Shown: positions 1-10,404, numbered from the stretch's first letter. The stretch is 64,000 nucleotides of DNA from Microgenomates group bacterium (GCA_049287205.1 JBAQFJ010000001.1:255041-319040); one strand, 5' to 3'. Numbers and translations: made by a program. The notes: a model not told the origin generated them from the letters alone.

Positions 1-119
1 TGACCCTATTGGATGGTGGAAAATACCGTATTTTGTGTAGATCCTAGGTTGCAGGGTCTGACCCTCGTGAAATTTTTTTGTGAAAAGTGAGAATACTTTT
101 GATTCTCCTTAGGTAATCT

Positions 120-599
120 TTACGGAACGAGTTCCAGAAATGTATAGGTGTATCCATTCCCTGATCCTTCTTTTCTCGACACTTCCTTGGAAAATTTTGC
201 ATAGTCCGGGAAAAACGTATCTGCCTCAGAAAATGATTGATGGACTTCTGTAATATACAATTTATCCGCGCTATCTATTGCCTGCGCGTAGATGTTTGCG
301 CCGCCGATGATAAATAGTTCTTCGTTTTCTTTTTCTTTTCCTAAAGCAATCGCTTCATTAAGCGAATGGACGATAAAACATCCGTCCTGTGTTTTGAATG
401 TGGCGTCGCGGGTGATGATGATGTTCGGTCGTCCGGGTAGTGCGTGACCGATGGATTCGTACGTCTTTCTCCCCATGATGACGGCGTGCCCGCGTGTCTT
501 GCTGCGGAAGTGTTCCATGTCTTCAGGAATATCCCAAAGAAGTCGGTTATTTTTCCCAAGCTCTTTGTTTTGTCCTACAGCGGCTATAATTGAAATCAT
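120..599 (-). CDS. folA: dihydrofolate reductase
   Basis: 159 aa; MISIIAAVGQNKELGKNNRLLWDIPEDMEHF and GRKTYESIG motifs typical of type I DHFR; 1-nt overlap with upstream thyA (classic thyA-folA pair). Confidence 0.85.
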   Translation of the reverse strand: MISIIAAVGQNKELGKNNRLLWDIPEDMEHFRSKTRGHAVIMGRKTYESIGHALPGRPNIIITRDATFKTQDGCFIVHSLNEAIALGKEKENEELFIIGGANIYAQAIDSADKLYITEVHQSFSEADTFFPDYAKFSKEVSRKEGSGNGYTYTFLELVP

Positions 600-1570
600 T
601 AAAAACCTCCGACAACGGTGATATCACCCTTGATTGGTTCGTGATGTTTGTAATTTTCAATGGTGATGTCTTCAAATTTGAATCCGTCGATTGTTTTTAC
701 GTTCGGATTGAGTTTCAATGTCGGGAATTTGTACGGCTTCCGTTTTAATTGCTCTTTACATTGTTTGAAATGGTTTTCGTAAATATGCACATCGCCGAAT
801 ACATGCACAAATTCTCCCGGTTCATAGCCGGTCACTTGTGCGATCATCATGGTCAAAAGTGCATAGCTTGTTATGTTAAATGGTACGCCCAAGAATAAAT
901 CCGCACTCCGTTGATAGAGGAGGAGTGAAAGTTTTCTTCCCGTGATGTTGATATGAAACATCGTGTGGCACGGTGCAATCACCATGGACGCGTTGTGCGA
1001 TCCGCTCATTTCATAGATACATCCCGCATTCCATGCACTGATAATGTAGTGTTTTTTCTGCGGATATTTTTTTATTTTCTCGATAGCCCAACCGAGTTGA
1101 TCGACCGTGCCGCCTTTTGCGGTTGGCCATTTTCTCCACTGCACACCATAGACCGGTCCGAGTTCGCCCCATTTTGCAAGGAATTTTGGCTCAGCCTTTG
1201 CTTTTTCCATGAATGCTTCATAGGTCATTGGCTTTGCTTTATTTTCTTTTACTGCCCATTCATATTTTTTGAATGCCCATTCGTCCCAGATGTGGACGTT
1301 GTTGTCGACCAAGTACTTGATGTTTGAGGATCCGGACAAAAACCATATGAGCTCATGGATGATGCCTCGGGTAAACATTTTTTTGGTGGTGAGAAGAGGG
1401 AACCCTTTGGAAAGGTCGTATCTGCAAATCCGTCCAAAAACGCTTTTGAGTTTGACTCCTGTGGAATGGGAAATTTTCCATGTTCCATGTTTCATGATGT
1501 CAGCCATCAGATCGAGGTATTGATATTCGGGATGTTTGGCTTTCATGTGTGTGATCCTTTCTTTGGGCAA
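599..1570 (-). CDS. thyA: thymidylate synthase (ThyA-type, long form)
   Basis: 323 aa; catalytic Cys region 'VIAPCHTMFHINITGRKLSLLLYQRSADLFLGVPFNI' and C-terminal 'HVFGDVHIYENH' are diagnostic ThyA motifs. Confidence 0.85.
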   Translation of the reverse strand: MPKERITHMKAKHPEYQYLDLMADIMKHGTWKISHSTGVKLKSVFGRICRYDLSKGFPLLTTKKMFTRGIIHELIWFLSGSSNIKYLVDNNVHIWDEWAFKKYEWAVKENKAKPMTYEAFMEKAKAEPKFLAKWGELGPVYGVQWRKWPTAKGGTVDQLGWAIEKIKKYPQKKHYIISAWNAGCIYEMSGSHNASMVIAPCHTMFHINITGRKLSLLLYQRSADLFLGVPFNITSYALLTMMIAQVTGYEPGEFVHVFGDVHIYENHFKQCKEQLKRKPYKFPTLKLNPNVKTIDGFKFEDITIENYKHHEPIKGDITVVGGF

Positions 1571-1581
1571 GAATGAAAAAA

Positions 1582-2808
1582 TTATTTGATGACGGTTCCG
1601 GATTTTTTAATATATATTGCTGACATAAACATAGCAAGTGACAATAAAATAAACAAGACATCAGCTCCAAGAAACTCTGTAACAGATGCAGAAAGAAACA
1701 TTGGAATGATTGCTGCGATTGTCATGAGAAACCACAGATTTCCCCAGAGTCTCCCCATCATGTTATTTGGTGTTTCTTCCTGCATGAATGTTTGTGATGG
1801 AACTTGGATACTCACAAATCCGAATCCAATGATGAACGTGAGGAGGGGAAGCGTAATTAGTCTGATGTTCAGTGCGAGATGGCTTGGGACAAGTGCAAGC
1901 GTGAGAAACGACGCGGCAACAGCGAATAGTGCGTTTTGTATCACTATTTTTTTCCGTACAGCCTTTTTCTTTATTAGGGGCGAAATAACAGATACACCGA
2001 CAATTGCGCCGACGAGTGCCGGAACAACGATGATAATGGCAACATCCTGGACGGCGATTCCGAACACGTGCGTCGCAAGTGCAGGAATGTTTACCGCCAC
2101 GATATTGAGCGTCATTTCAGCGCCTAAGATGAGAAGTGCCGGATACAAAACACTTTTGTTATTTTTGATATATTGATAGCCCTCAACAACTTTGCTGAAA
2201 AATTCCCCCAATTGTTTTTCCACATCAACCGGTTTTCTTCCGTTTAATTTGGGGAGAGTTGAAACGCTGATAAATGCAATGGACAGGATGGCGGTACCAA
2301 AGATGATGATGATGGGAAATCCGACAAATTTTGCGAGTATTCCTGCAAGGGCGAAGCCAATAAGCATGCACGCCTGTTTGCTGAGAAGAAAAAACCCGTT
2401 TGCCTCCGGCAAATCTTCTATTTTGACAAGGGACGGCATGGTTGCAGATTCAGCCGGCAGATAAAATTGGTTGACAAATGAATAGCAGAACATCAATGCA
2501 TAAAAGAGAAAATATCTCTCTCCAACGAGTAAAAATGAAAGCATGGTGCCCGCCAGAAGCAATGTTGAAATGAGCAGCAGTTTTTTCCTGTTTAACAGAT
2601 CAACTATGGTGGCTGCAAATGGACCGCTTAAAAGAATCGGAAGGCTATATGCAATCCAAAGAAATGTTGCCGCAAGCGTTGAGCCGGTTGTTGCATACAG
2701 TTTTAACAACAGTGTATAGGTGAGAAGATTCAGGCTGATAAGTGAGCAGGCCTGCGAAATCCATAGCTTTACAAATTGTTTGTTTTTTAATACCTCAGGA
2801 ATTTTCAT
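1582..2808 (-). CDS. MFS transporter
   Basis: 408 aa, about 12 predicted hydrophobic helices, Arg/Lys-containing inter-helix loops typical of the major facilitator superfamily. Confidence 0.6.
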   Translation of the reverse strand: MKIPEVLKNKQFVKLWISQACSLISLNLLTYTLLLKLYATTGSTLAATFLWIAYSLPILLSGPFAATIVDLLNRKKLLLISTLLLAGTMLSFLLVGERYFLFYALMFCYSFVNQFYLPAESATMPSLVKIEDLPEANGFFLLSKQACMLIGFALAGILAKFVGFPIIIIFGTAILSIAFISVSTLPKLNGRKPVDVEKQLGEFFSKVVEGYQYIKNNKSVLYPALLILGAEMTLNIVAVNIPALATHVFGIAVQDVAIIIVVPALVGAIVGVSVISPLIKKKAVRKKIVIQNALFAVAASFLTLALVPSHLALNIRLITLPLLTFIIGFGFVSIQVPSQTFMQEETPNNMMGRLWGNLWFLMTIAAIIPMFLSASVTEFLGADVLFILLSLAMFMSAIYIKKSGTVIK

Positions 2809-2850
2809 AATCGGTAATTTTTTTATTATATCATGTGCTAGGATAGATAT

Positions 2851-3657
2851 ATGAATTTATTTTGCGCTGTGTTTGCCGCATTTTGTTTGGTGTTTCGCGC
2901 GTCGCAAATAACGCCTGCACCAACAGTGACTCCAACTCCTACACCTGTGCCCATTGCGTGGCCCGCCCGAATTCCTATTCTTTTATACCATTATGTGGAA
3001 TATGTAGAGGATAAAGGCGATACAATCAGACAGTCGTTAAATATCACTCCATATACTTTTGATAAACAACTGCAGACACTTGTGGATGCGGGGTATACGT
3101 TTTTAACTGCAAAAGACTTGGGCGAACTATTTGACGGAAAAATAACCAAACTTCCTGAAAAATCCGTGCTTATTACGTTTGATGACGGATACCGAGATTT
3201 TTATACTGATGTCTATCCCATTCTTCAAAAATATAACGCGAAGGCGACGGTGTATGTTATTGCAGGATTTGTTTACCATCGAAACTATATGACGGAAGCA
3301 CAGCTTAAAGAAATTGCCGCGAGCGGTTTGGTGGATGTCGGTGCGCATACAGTGCATCATGTAGGACTTACGAATGCAGATAAAAAAACAGAGAAAAAAG
3401 AAGTTGAAGAAAGTAAGAAAATCTTAGAAGATATACTTGGTACATCCGTTGTGTCTTTTGCCTATCCTGACGGTTCGTATGATGATTATGCGATTCAGGC
3501 TGTGCGTGATGCTGGGTTTACGACTGCAGTGAGTACAAAACCAGGGATTGAAAATGGAATAATAAATCGTTATGCATTATTTCGCCTACGCTCCGGAGGG
3601 AGAATAGGCGAAACATTACTTCAATATTTTAATCAAAAAACGTTTAAATCCTGGTAA
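2851..3657 (+). CDS. polysaccharide deacetylase (NodB/CE4 domain), secreted, with Thr-Pro linker
   Basis: Signal peptide, then a TPAPTVTPTPTPVP linker; 'ITFDDGYRDFYTDVYPILQKYNAKATVYV' matches NodB motif 1 (TFDDG) and following motifs. Confidence 0.75.
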   Translation: MNLFCAVFAAFCLVFRASQITPAPTVTPTPTPVPIAWPARIPILLYHYVEYVEDKGDTIRQSLNITPYTFDKQLQTLVDAGYTFLTAKDLGELFDGKITKLPEKSVLITFDDGYRDFYTDVYPILQKYNAKATVYVIAGFVYHRNYMTEAQLKEIAASGLVDVGAHTVHHVGLTNADKKTEKKEVEESKKILEDILGTSVVSFAYPDGSYDDYAIQAVRDAGFTTAVSTKPGIENGIINRYALFRLRSGGRIGETLLQYFNQKTFKSW

Positions 3658-3667
3658 AAGGAATTTG

Positions 3668-4156
3668 TTATTTTTCTGGTACAGGTGCGTTTCCATTTTG
3701 TTGAGCGCCAATCATTGCAGGATTTAATTGAATGCTTTGTGCGCTAACACTTCCATCAGTATTGGTGCTCCCAGAAATTGCAATCGTATCTCCAACGTTG
3801 ATATCACTTTTAGAGGCATCAGTCATTGTTTTATAGGTAGTCGTTCCTGAAAGAATAACTATTTTTGAACTGCCATCCTGGAGTTTTACTGTCAATGACG
3901 TTTCGTCCATAGATGCGATAGTTCCTATCTGCATACCACCAAAACTCTTACCTATGCCATTTGTATTCTTGGTTGTTCCTGTTTGTTTTGCTTGTGAATT
4001 ATTTTGCATTCCGCCTTGCATATTGTTTAGTCCGCCGCGTGCAAAGCTTGGGCTTTTTGTTTGTTGGTACTTCATACCGCCAAAAAATCCGAGTGCTGCG
4101 CATGCTATCGCAATAATGCCAAGAACTATTGTTGGATTCTTTTTACTGTCTTTCAT
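3668..4156 (-). CDS. hypothetical membrane-anchored protein (N-terminal TM, Gly/Asn/Gln-rich linker, C-terminal beta-rich domain)
   Basis: 162 aa; single N-terminal hydrophobic helix; C-terminal 'TIASMDETSLTVKLQDGSSKIVILSG...VGDTIAISG' block resembles domains in the 39036..39797 protein. Confidence 0.4.
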   Translation of the reverse strand: MKDSKKNPTIVLGIIAIACAALGFFGGMKYQQTKSPSFARGGLNNMQGGMQNNSQAKQTGTTKNTNGIGKSFGGMQIGTIASMDETSLTVKLQDGSSKIVILSGTTTYKTMTDASKSDINVGDTIAISGSTNTDGSVSAQSIQLNPAMIGAQQNGNAPVPEK

Positions 4157-4318
4157 AGCGTTCCTTTCTTTAGAAACACTTGCAAAATATTTTGTTTGTG
4201 TTTCCCTGCGTCCCGCGTAGCCTTTGGTGTAGTGGGATGTTTATACATTTTGTTCACAACTGAACAATTGTAAGTATACGAATAGTTGCTGAATACAAAC
4301 TGAAAAAAATTACATCTG

Positions 4319-5539
4319 TTATTCGTACCTCAAGGCTTCTATCGGTTGAAGGTTGGCCGCCATTTTGGCAGGGTACCATCCGAAGAGAATACCAATGCCG
4401 GCGGAAACGCCGAAGGCCAGTAGTACTGAACTGAAGGAGACCATAAATGTTGTATCATTTATTTTGGCGTAGATATAATATCCGATGATGCCAGCTGCAA
4501 TTCCGATGACCCCTCCTGTAAATGTAAGAATAATGGATTCCATTAAAAATTGGGTAACGATGGTGCGTTTTTTTGCTCCCAGCGCTTTCCGAAGTCCTAT
4601 CTCCCGCGTCCGTTCAGTCACGGACATAAGCATAATATTCATAATACCGATGCCTCCGACCAAAAGGGATATGGCGGCGACACCTGTAAGCATTGTGGTA
4701 AATGTACTGGTAACCGATGTTGCTGTTTCTAAGATATCCGATTGGGACATAATACGAAAGTCCGCATCGTCTGTACTGGTAATTCCGTGGCGTTTCATCA
4801 AAAAATAGCCGACCTGATTTTGCGCGGTTGTCATAACATTTTCATTTGTTGCCTCGAGCGCAATGGAGGTAAGATGTTTTACGCCAAAAATTTGTTTCTG
4901 CGCTGTCGTCAGGGGAATATAAATGCGGTCATCGGTATTGTTCATACCGGAGCCGCCTTTGGATTTGGTTACCCCTATAACTTGGAAATTTTTTCCGGCG
5001 ATACGTATCGTTTGTCCTACAGGATCAACACCAACGCCGAATAAATCTTCTGCGGTGGTAGGACCCAGAATTGCGACTTTCGATGAGGCAGATACTTGGG
5101 CATCGGTGATAAATGTACCCGATGTCATGGTGACTTTTCTAACCGTAGCATAGATAGCGGTGACACCAACCACCGTTGTATTGGTATTGTTTCGTCCTGC
5201 GACGATTTGGCTTCTTCCTGAGTATTCTGGAGAAACTTGAGCAATCGTTGTGATGGTCTGTTCCGTCTGAATAGCTTCTGCGTCATCAAGTGTTAAGGTC
5301 GTGACACTGGAAGACCCTTGAACCATTCCGCTGGACGCATTTTTTGGGGAAACAGTGAGAAGGTTCGATCCAATGGATTGAATTTGTGATTGCACGGAAG
5401 CTTTGCTTGCTTCTCCAATAGAAATAAGAGCGATGACACTGCCGATACCGATAACAATGCCTAAGATTGCAAGGCCGGTTCTAAGTTTATTGATCGCCAG
5501 ATTTCGAATGCCACTTTTGATAAGTTTTTTTAACTTCAT
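4319..5539 (-). CDS. ABC transporter permease, MacB/FtsX family
   Basis: N-terminal TM, large extracytoplasmic domain, then a C-terminal three-TM FtsX-like block with 'LRKALGAKKRTIVTQFLMESIILTFTGGVIGIAAGI'; start set at MKLKKLIKSG, overlapping the ATPase stop. Confidence 0.7.
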   Translation of the reverse strand: MKLKKLIKSGIRNLAINKLRTGLAILGIVIGIGSVIALISIGEASKASVQSQIQSIGSNLLTVSPKNASSGMVQGSSSVTTLTLDDAEAIQTEQTITTIAQVSPEYSGRSQIVAGRNNTNTTVVGVTAIYATVRKVTMTSGTFITDAQVSASSKVAILGPTTAEDLFGVGVDPVGQTIRIAGKNFQVIGVTKSKGGSGMNNTDDRIYIPLTTAQKQIFGVKHLTSIALEATNENVMTTAQNQVGYFLMKRHGITSTDDADFRIMSQSDILETATSVTSTFTTMLTGVAAISLLVGGIGIMNIMLMSVTERTREIGLRKALGAKKRTIVTQFLMESIILTFTGGVIGIAAGIIGYYIYAKINDTTFMVSFSSVLLAFGVSAGIGILFGWYPAKMAANLQPIEALRYE

Positions 5540-5543
5540 GATG

Positions 5544-6266
5544 TTAGTTGCTTTTTTGTGTTGATGCGCGCTTACGTATATGTTTTTTTCCATCTTCCAA
5601 AATTTTTCCATCCCTGAGGTGCACAATGCGTGATGCGTGTTCTGCAATATCTGGTTCATGCGTGATCATGACGATTGTATGTCCCTGATCATTTAATTTT
5701 TCAAATATTTCCATGATTTCATTTGCCTGACTCGGAGCGATATTTCCTGTTGGTTCATCAGCAAGAAGAATGGCTGGATCCATGACAAGAGATCTTGCAA
5801 TAGCAACACGTTGCTGTTGTCCTCCTGAGAGTTTATTTGGCGGATGATGGAGTCTGTCTCCTAGACCAACCATTTGCAAAAATTTGATCGCTTTTGGTAG
5901 TTGATCGGCATCCGGAACTTCGGCATATTCCATGGGAACAATGACGTTATCAATAGCACTGGTGCGGGGAAGGAGATTATACGCTTGAAAAATAAATCCA
6001 ATTTTTCGATTTCTAATGTCTGCAAGTTCATCATCAGTGAGTTTTCCAACTTCTTCTCCGTCCAATATATAGGTTCCACCCGTTGGGAGGTCAAGTGCAC
6101 CGATAATGTGCATGAGTGTTGATTTGCCCGATCCTGAAGGGCCCATGATGGCGACGAATTCACCCTTATTGATGATCAGATTGATATCTGAAAGCACAAT
6201 CGTTTCCAGATCATCAGTTTTATAGACCTTTGAAAGATGAGAAATGGTGATGATCGGTTGTGCCAT
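5544..6266 (-). CDS. ABC transporter ATP-binding protein (MacB/LolD-type)
   Basis: Walker A 'GPSGSGKST', ABC signature '[13 protein letters not shown]', Walker B '[10 protein letters not shown]', H-loop. Confidence 0.85.
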   Translation of the reverse strand: MAQPIITISHLSKVYKTDDLETIVLSDINLIINKGEFVAIMGPSGSGKSTLMHIIGALDLPTGGTYILDGEEVGKLTDDELADIRNRKIGFIFQAYNLLPRTSAIDNVIVPMEYAEVPDADQLPKAIKFLQMVGLGDRLHHPPNKLSGGQQQRVAIARSLVMDPAILLADEPTGNIAPSQANEIMEIFEKLNDQGHTIVMITHEPDIAEHASRIVHLRDGKILEDGKKHIRKRASTQKSN

Positions 6267-6291
6267 AGTTGGGCCTCGACCTTGGTATTGG

Positions 6292-7698
6292 TTAGAATCC
6301 TGGAGGTCCTCCCATGCCGCCCCCCATGCCGCCCCCCAAGTTGGAGGTTGAGCTTTTTGTGCTAGATTTTGTTGACGTGCTTACACCACTAAATGGTGAT
6401 GTTGTGTTCGTTGTGTCTGCTGTTGCCGACGCCTGAATGGTCGCGGTGATCACGGTGTCACCTTCAGCAATGCCTGATGTAATGACAGTATCTGCATCAT
6501 TTGCACTTCCTGTTTCAACGGTCACTGTTACAGGTTTTCCGTTTTGCATAATCTGTGCTGTCGATGTTCCATCTGTACCAACAGTGATTGCCGTTGTTGG
6601 AATCATAATGACGTCTGTTGCCATGTTGGTAATGATGGTTGCGCTGACTGCCATGTTTGGATAAATATCCACGTCTGTCTGATCCAGAAGGATCGTGACA
6701 GGGTAGGAAGTAACACCGGAACTGACGCTTCCTGATGTGTTCACGGCTAACACTTTTCCTGTGAACGTTTGATCTTCAAATGCATCCAATGTGATTGTTA
6801 CTTTTTGATTTGCTTTGACACTGGTGATATCAACTTCCGTGAGCGAAATAGTTGCAATAAGTTGACTGTCTGTGTGGTTAATTTTTGCAACGGTTTGCGC
6901 GCTGACAATGGTCGCACCGCTAGTGGAGGATGTTGCTGAACTTGCGGAAACGACAATGGACTGGGCAAGCATGAGATCGCTGATGACACCGTCTTCAGGA
7001 GCAATAATAGTCGCGGAATTTTCCTGATAGGTGCGGAGCGCTGAGGTTACTTTTGCGTATGCTTCCGCAATATCAGCGTCCGCATGCGTATATTTACTTT
7101 CCGCTGTAGAGAAGGCGAGTCTCTGTTCTTCTAGTGTTTTTTCAAGAATTGTTTTTTCACCAAGGGTCCAGTTACTATCTGTATCTGGATTGATCGGATT
7201 TTCCGTCATGTACTTTATATCTTCTTCAGCATCCAAGATATTTTGTCTTGCTGTCCACATAGCAAGATCTGCTGATACTTTAGATTGCTGGGCTGTTTTT
7301 ACTGCATCAAGCGCACTCAGATAGTCTGCCCATGTAGACGCTTGCCGTTCAATGGCGTATTCGTCGAGTGTGACGTCTGCGATTTTTTGTCCTTTTGTGA
7401 CGGTGTCACCGTTAGTGACATATACAGCACTTACGACACCTGACGCCTTTGTGGTGACGTTGGTGTAGTTGCCAGATGTAATGGTTCCAGATCCATCTAT
7501 GGATTGGATGAGTGTTCCTTTTGTGGCTGTGGTTGTTTGATAGGTTACTTTATTGCTTTTAAAATTAATCTGGGAAAATCCAATATACCCAAGTACTAAG
7601 ATAAGAACAACGCTAATAATTTTGACGACTTTTGGTAATTTTGCAAATAGTCCCCAGAGCGTCAATACATTTTGTTTCATTGTTTGAATAAGTGCCAT
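6292..7698 (-). CDS. HlyD-family periplasmic adaptor / membrane fusion protein with Ser/Thr-rich and Gly-Met C-terminal tail
   Basis: 468 aa; N-terminal TM anchor, coiled-coil segment, beta-barrel/lipoyl-like regions; operonic with the MacB-like permease and ATPase; C-terminus 'STSTKSSTKSSTSNLGGGMGGGMGGPPGF'. Confidence 0.65.
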   Translation of the reverse strand: MALIQTMKQNVLTLWGLFAKLPKVVKIISVVLILVLGYIGFSQINFKSNKVTYQTTTATKGTLIQSIDGSGTITSGNYTNVTTKASGVVSAVYVTNGDTVTKGQKIADVTLDEYAIERQASTWADYLSALDAVKTAQQSKVSADLAMWTARQNILDAEEDIKYMTENPINPDTDSNWTLGEKTILEKTLEEQRLAFSTAESKYTHADADIAEAYAKVTSALRTYQENSATIIAPEDGVISDLMLAQSIVVSASSATSSTSGATIVSAQTVAKINHTDSQLIATISLTEVDITSVKANQKVTITLDAFEDQTFTGKVLAVNTSGSVSSGVTSYPVTILLDQTDVDIYPNMAVSATIITNMATDVIMIPTTAITVGTDGTSTAQIMQNGKPVTVTVETGSANDADTVITSGIAEGDTVITATIQASATADTTNTTSPFSGVSTSTKSSTKSSTSNLGGGMGGGMGGPPGF

Positions 7699-7742
7699 AA
7701 GCTGTAAGTATAGCTTTAAAAACTGAAAGCTTCCTGAAAAAA

Positions 7743-8792
7743 TTAGGCTGATTTTTTATTGGTATGAAGTGGCAAGATAAGAGAAAAGGTGCTTCCTTTG
7801 TGGAGTGCACTTTTCACCAGTAATTTCCCGTTATGTTCCTCAGCGATTTTTTTTGCAATAGAAAGTCCCAGTCCATACCCGTTTGTTTTTGATTTGCTTC
7901 TTGCGGCATCTGCCCGATAGAAACGGTCAAAGATATGGGGAAGATCTGACGGGCTAATGCCGATGCCATAGTCTTGGATTGTGATCAGCGCATCATTCCC
8001 TTGCGTTGTTGCTGTTATGGTAATGGATTTCTTTTTATTGCTGTATTTTATGGCGTTATCCAGAAGTACAACACAACAGTCTGTGAGCGCATGGCTGTCT
8101 CCCAACACTGTTTGTGAATGGAGATCTTCTGTAATAGTGATGCTTTTTTGTTTGGCGATGGGCGCAACTCGTTTAACAGCCGACGTCGCAATTGTTTGTA
8201 TGTCTATTGTTTCAAACAGTTTTTTGTTCCCGTTCATTTCAAGACGTGCAAGTTCCAACAGTTGATCAGTAAGTGTCTGCAATGTATTGACGTCATCAAT
8301 ATTTTCTTTGAGGACAGTTCTTGCGGTATCAACGGTCATGTCCTTATCACGGACTGCGACCTCGATTGAGCTTTTTATGGCTGTTAAGGGAGTTCTCAGT
8401 TCATGGGATGCGTCACTGATAAACCGTTTTTGTTCATCCAGCATATCAGCAATTGGTCGTAATGTTTTTCCCGCGAGTATATAGCCAAGTCCGCCGGCAA
8501 TAACGATAATTGCCGCATTAATAAGGAGAAACTGGATTAATAACCGTTGTTTTGTTTCATGCATGATGTCGGTATCAAACACAATGAATTGTGTGCCGTC
8601 GGCAGGGCGCGGTGGAGCGGGGAAGATCACCGCGTCTTCGAGTTGCCGTTCAATGCGTGATTGCTGCCTCTCTGCAAACCGGTCTATTTCAAATGTAAGC
8701 ATTCGGTAAATGACCGCAGAAAACGAAAGACTGATCGCCATGATGATCAGCAGGTACCAAGCGGTGAGTTTAATGCGGGCGTTACGAAACAT
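7743..8792 (-). CDS. sensor histidine kinase
   Basis: Two TM helices, H-box 'SHELRTPLTAIKSSIEV', and G1/G2 ATP-lid boxes 'DYGIGISPSDLPHIFDRFYRAD...GYGLGLSIA'. Confidence 0.8.
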   Translation of the reverse strand: MFRNARIKLTAWYLLIIMAISLSFSAVIYRMLTFEIDRFAERQQSRIERQLEDAVIFPAPPRPADGTQFIVFDTDIMHETKQRLLIQFLLINAAIIVIAGGLGYILAGKTLRPIADMLDEQKRFISDASHELRTPLTAIKSSIEVAVRDKDMTVDTARTVLKENIDDVNTLQTLTDQLLELARLEMNGNKKLFETIDIQTIATSAVKRVAPIAKQKSITITEDLHSQTVLGDSHALTDCCVVLLDNAIKYSNKKKSITITATTQGNDALITIQDYGIGISPSDLPHIFDRFYRADAARSKSKTNGYGLGLSIAKKIAEEHNGKLLVKSALHKGSTFSLILPLHTNKKSA

Positions 8793-8800
8793 ATATATCC

Positions 8801-9472
8801 TTATCCTATTTTATACCCAAATCCGCGGACAGTAGTAATCAGAGGTTTTTTTGCAGAAAATGGGACATCAATTTTTGCCCGAAGATTTTTCATATACACT
8901 TCCACGGTATTGGGAAGAATGTCTGAAGAATATTCCCAGACATGCGCAATAATCTGATCCTTGGTAAGGACGGTGTTTGGGTGTCTCATCATGTATTCCA
9001 GAAGTGCGAATTCTTTGCTGGACAGTTGTATGAGTTTTTTTCCACGAGTTACTTCAAAGTTTTCGGGATGTAAGGTAAGGTCGGCAAGGGTCAGTATGTT
9101 TTCTGTGATTGTTTTCGGTCGTTTTGTAATTGCGCGAATTCTTGCCAGGAGCTCTTCAAATGCAAATGGTTTGGTCAGGTAGTCATCTGCACCGCTGTCA
9201 AAGCCTTCCATTTTATCCTGCAGTTGTCCTTTTGCCGTCAGCATAAGCACGGGGGTATGGTTGCCTTCTTTGCGTAAGGATTTGCAGATGGCGATGCCGT
9301 CCATGCCGGGAAGCATGAGGTCGAGAATGATACAGTCATACGACTCACTTGAGGCTAAATCGAAGCCTTCTGTTCCATCATAGGCAAGGTCAACAATGTA
9401 ATGTTCCTGCTCAAGACCCTTTTTGATGGCTGCCGCAATGCGGTGTTCGTCTTCAATAACCAGGAGTTTCAT
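8801..9472 (-). CDS. response regulator, OmpR/PhoB family
   Basis: Receiver 'MKLLVIEDEHRIAAAI...ILDLMLPGMDG' plus winged-helix 'TVRGFGYKIG'; start set at the MKLLVIED ATG. Confidence 0.8.
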   Translation of the reverse strand: MKLLVIEDEHRIAAAIKKGLEQEHYIVDLAYDGTEGFDLASSESYDCIILDLMLPGMDGIAICKSLRKEGNHTPVLMLTAKGQLQDKMEGFDSGADDYLTKPFAFEELLARIRAITKRPKTITENILTLADLTLHPENFEVTRGKKLIQLSSKEFALLEYMMRHPNTVLTKDQIIAHVWEYSSDILPNTVEVYMKNLRAKIDVPFSAKKPLITTVRGFGYKIG

Positions 9473-9592
9473 ACCCATATAGTATATACGATAACTGAAA
9501 AATACCTGAATTTTGAAGAATTTACCGATAGTGGAGACTAGGTTTGATCCATTCTCAAATGTTTCAGTCGGCGTATCTGGTATGATAAGAAG

Positions 9593-10402
9593 ATGATCCA
9601 AGAGCTACGTCAGATGATCCGCATGTTTCTTCAGACAACCGGCAATATCTTGTCAAAAATGTATGCGCAGTTTTTGCTTATCACTGTTGTCCGCCGGGAT
9701 GAGAGTGTTGCCAAACAAACACCGAAAATATTTGTTGCCAATCATCCAAACACACTTGATCCGTTTTATTTGTTGGGGATCCTTCGGGAACGGGTGGTTA
9801 TTTTGATCACGGAGCATGTATTCCATATTCCAGTGCTTGGAAAACTCGTCCGCCAGGCAGGGCACATTGAAGTTACAGAAGTTGGTAGCGCTGTATATAT
9901 AAAAGCGAAAGAAGCACTACTGCAGGGGAAATCCCTACTCATATTCGCTGAGGGAGACATTAGTTACAGTCCATACAAACTTCGTACATTTAGGACCGGT
10001 GCGGTACGGTTGTCTTTGGAAACGGGCGCGCCGATTATACCGATTGGCATTCATCTGGACGCGTCAAAAATTTGGAAGCGAAAGACAATTATTAAACAAA
10101 AGTTACTGCTCTTTACATGGTATCGGTACGGGTGGTATACCGTCGTGTTCGGGAAGCCTGTGTATTTTTCAGGATCCGTGGAAAAACGCGCATTGGTACG
10201 AACGTATACCTCCGAGTTACGGCGTCATGTCCTTGTATGTATGAAGCAGGCACGTGCGGCGGGAGTGGAAGATGCGCTTCTTCACAAGCGGTCTGCAAAA
10301 CACGGATTGCATATCGCGCTTCGTGGCGTGTATAAATTTGTCTGCTTTGTTGGATTTATTTTTTTCAAGTTGAATGAGTTGGGCATAAAAGTATTAGGAT
10401 AA
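9593..10402 (+). CDS. lysophospholipid (1-acyl-sn-glycerol-3-phosphate) acyltransferase family
   Basis: LPLAT motif I 'VANHPNTLD' (HX4D) and motif III 'LIFAEGDIS'. Confidence 0.6.
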   Translation: MIQELRQMIRMFLQTTGNILSKMYAQFLLITVVRRDESVAKQTPKIFVANHPNTLDPFYLLGILRERVVILITEHVFHIPVLGKLVRQAGHIEVTEVGSAVYIKAKEALLQGKSLLIFAEGDISYSPYKLRTFRTGAVRLSLETGAPIIPIGIHLDASKIWKRKTIIKQKLLLFTWYRYGWYTVVFGKPVYFSGSVEKRALVRTYTSELRRHVLVCMKQARAAGVEDALLHKRSAKHGLHIALRGVYKFVCFVGFIFFKLNELGIKVLG

Positions 10403-10404
10403 GC

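Noticed and set aside
1-80. Palindrome AGGGTCtGACCCT followed by a T-run at the window start as a terminator
   Set aside because: The stem would have a 1-nt loop. The alternative 4-bp stem is too weak and sits 6 nt from the T-run. It lies at the window edge with no upstream gene visible.
6437-7324. Several 60-100-aa antisense ORFs within the HlyD-like gene
   Set aside because: Driven by the Ser/Thr/Val-rich codon composition of the sense strand. No starts with RBS.
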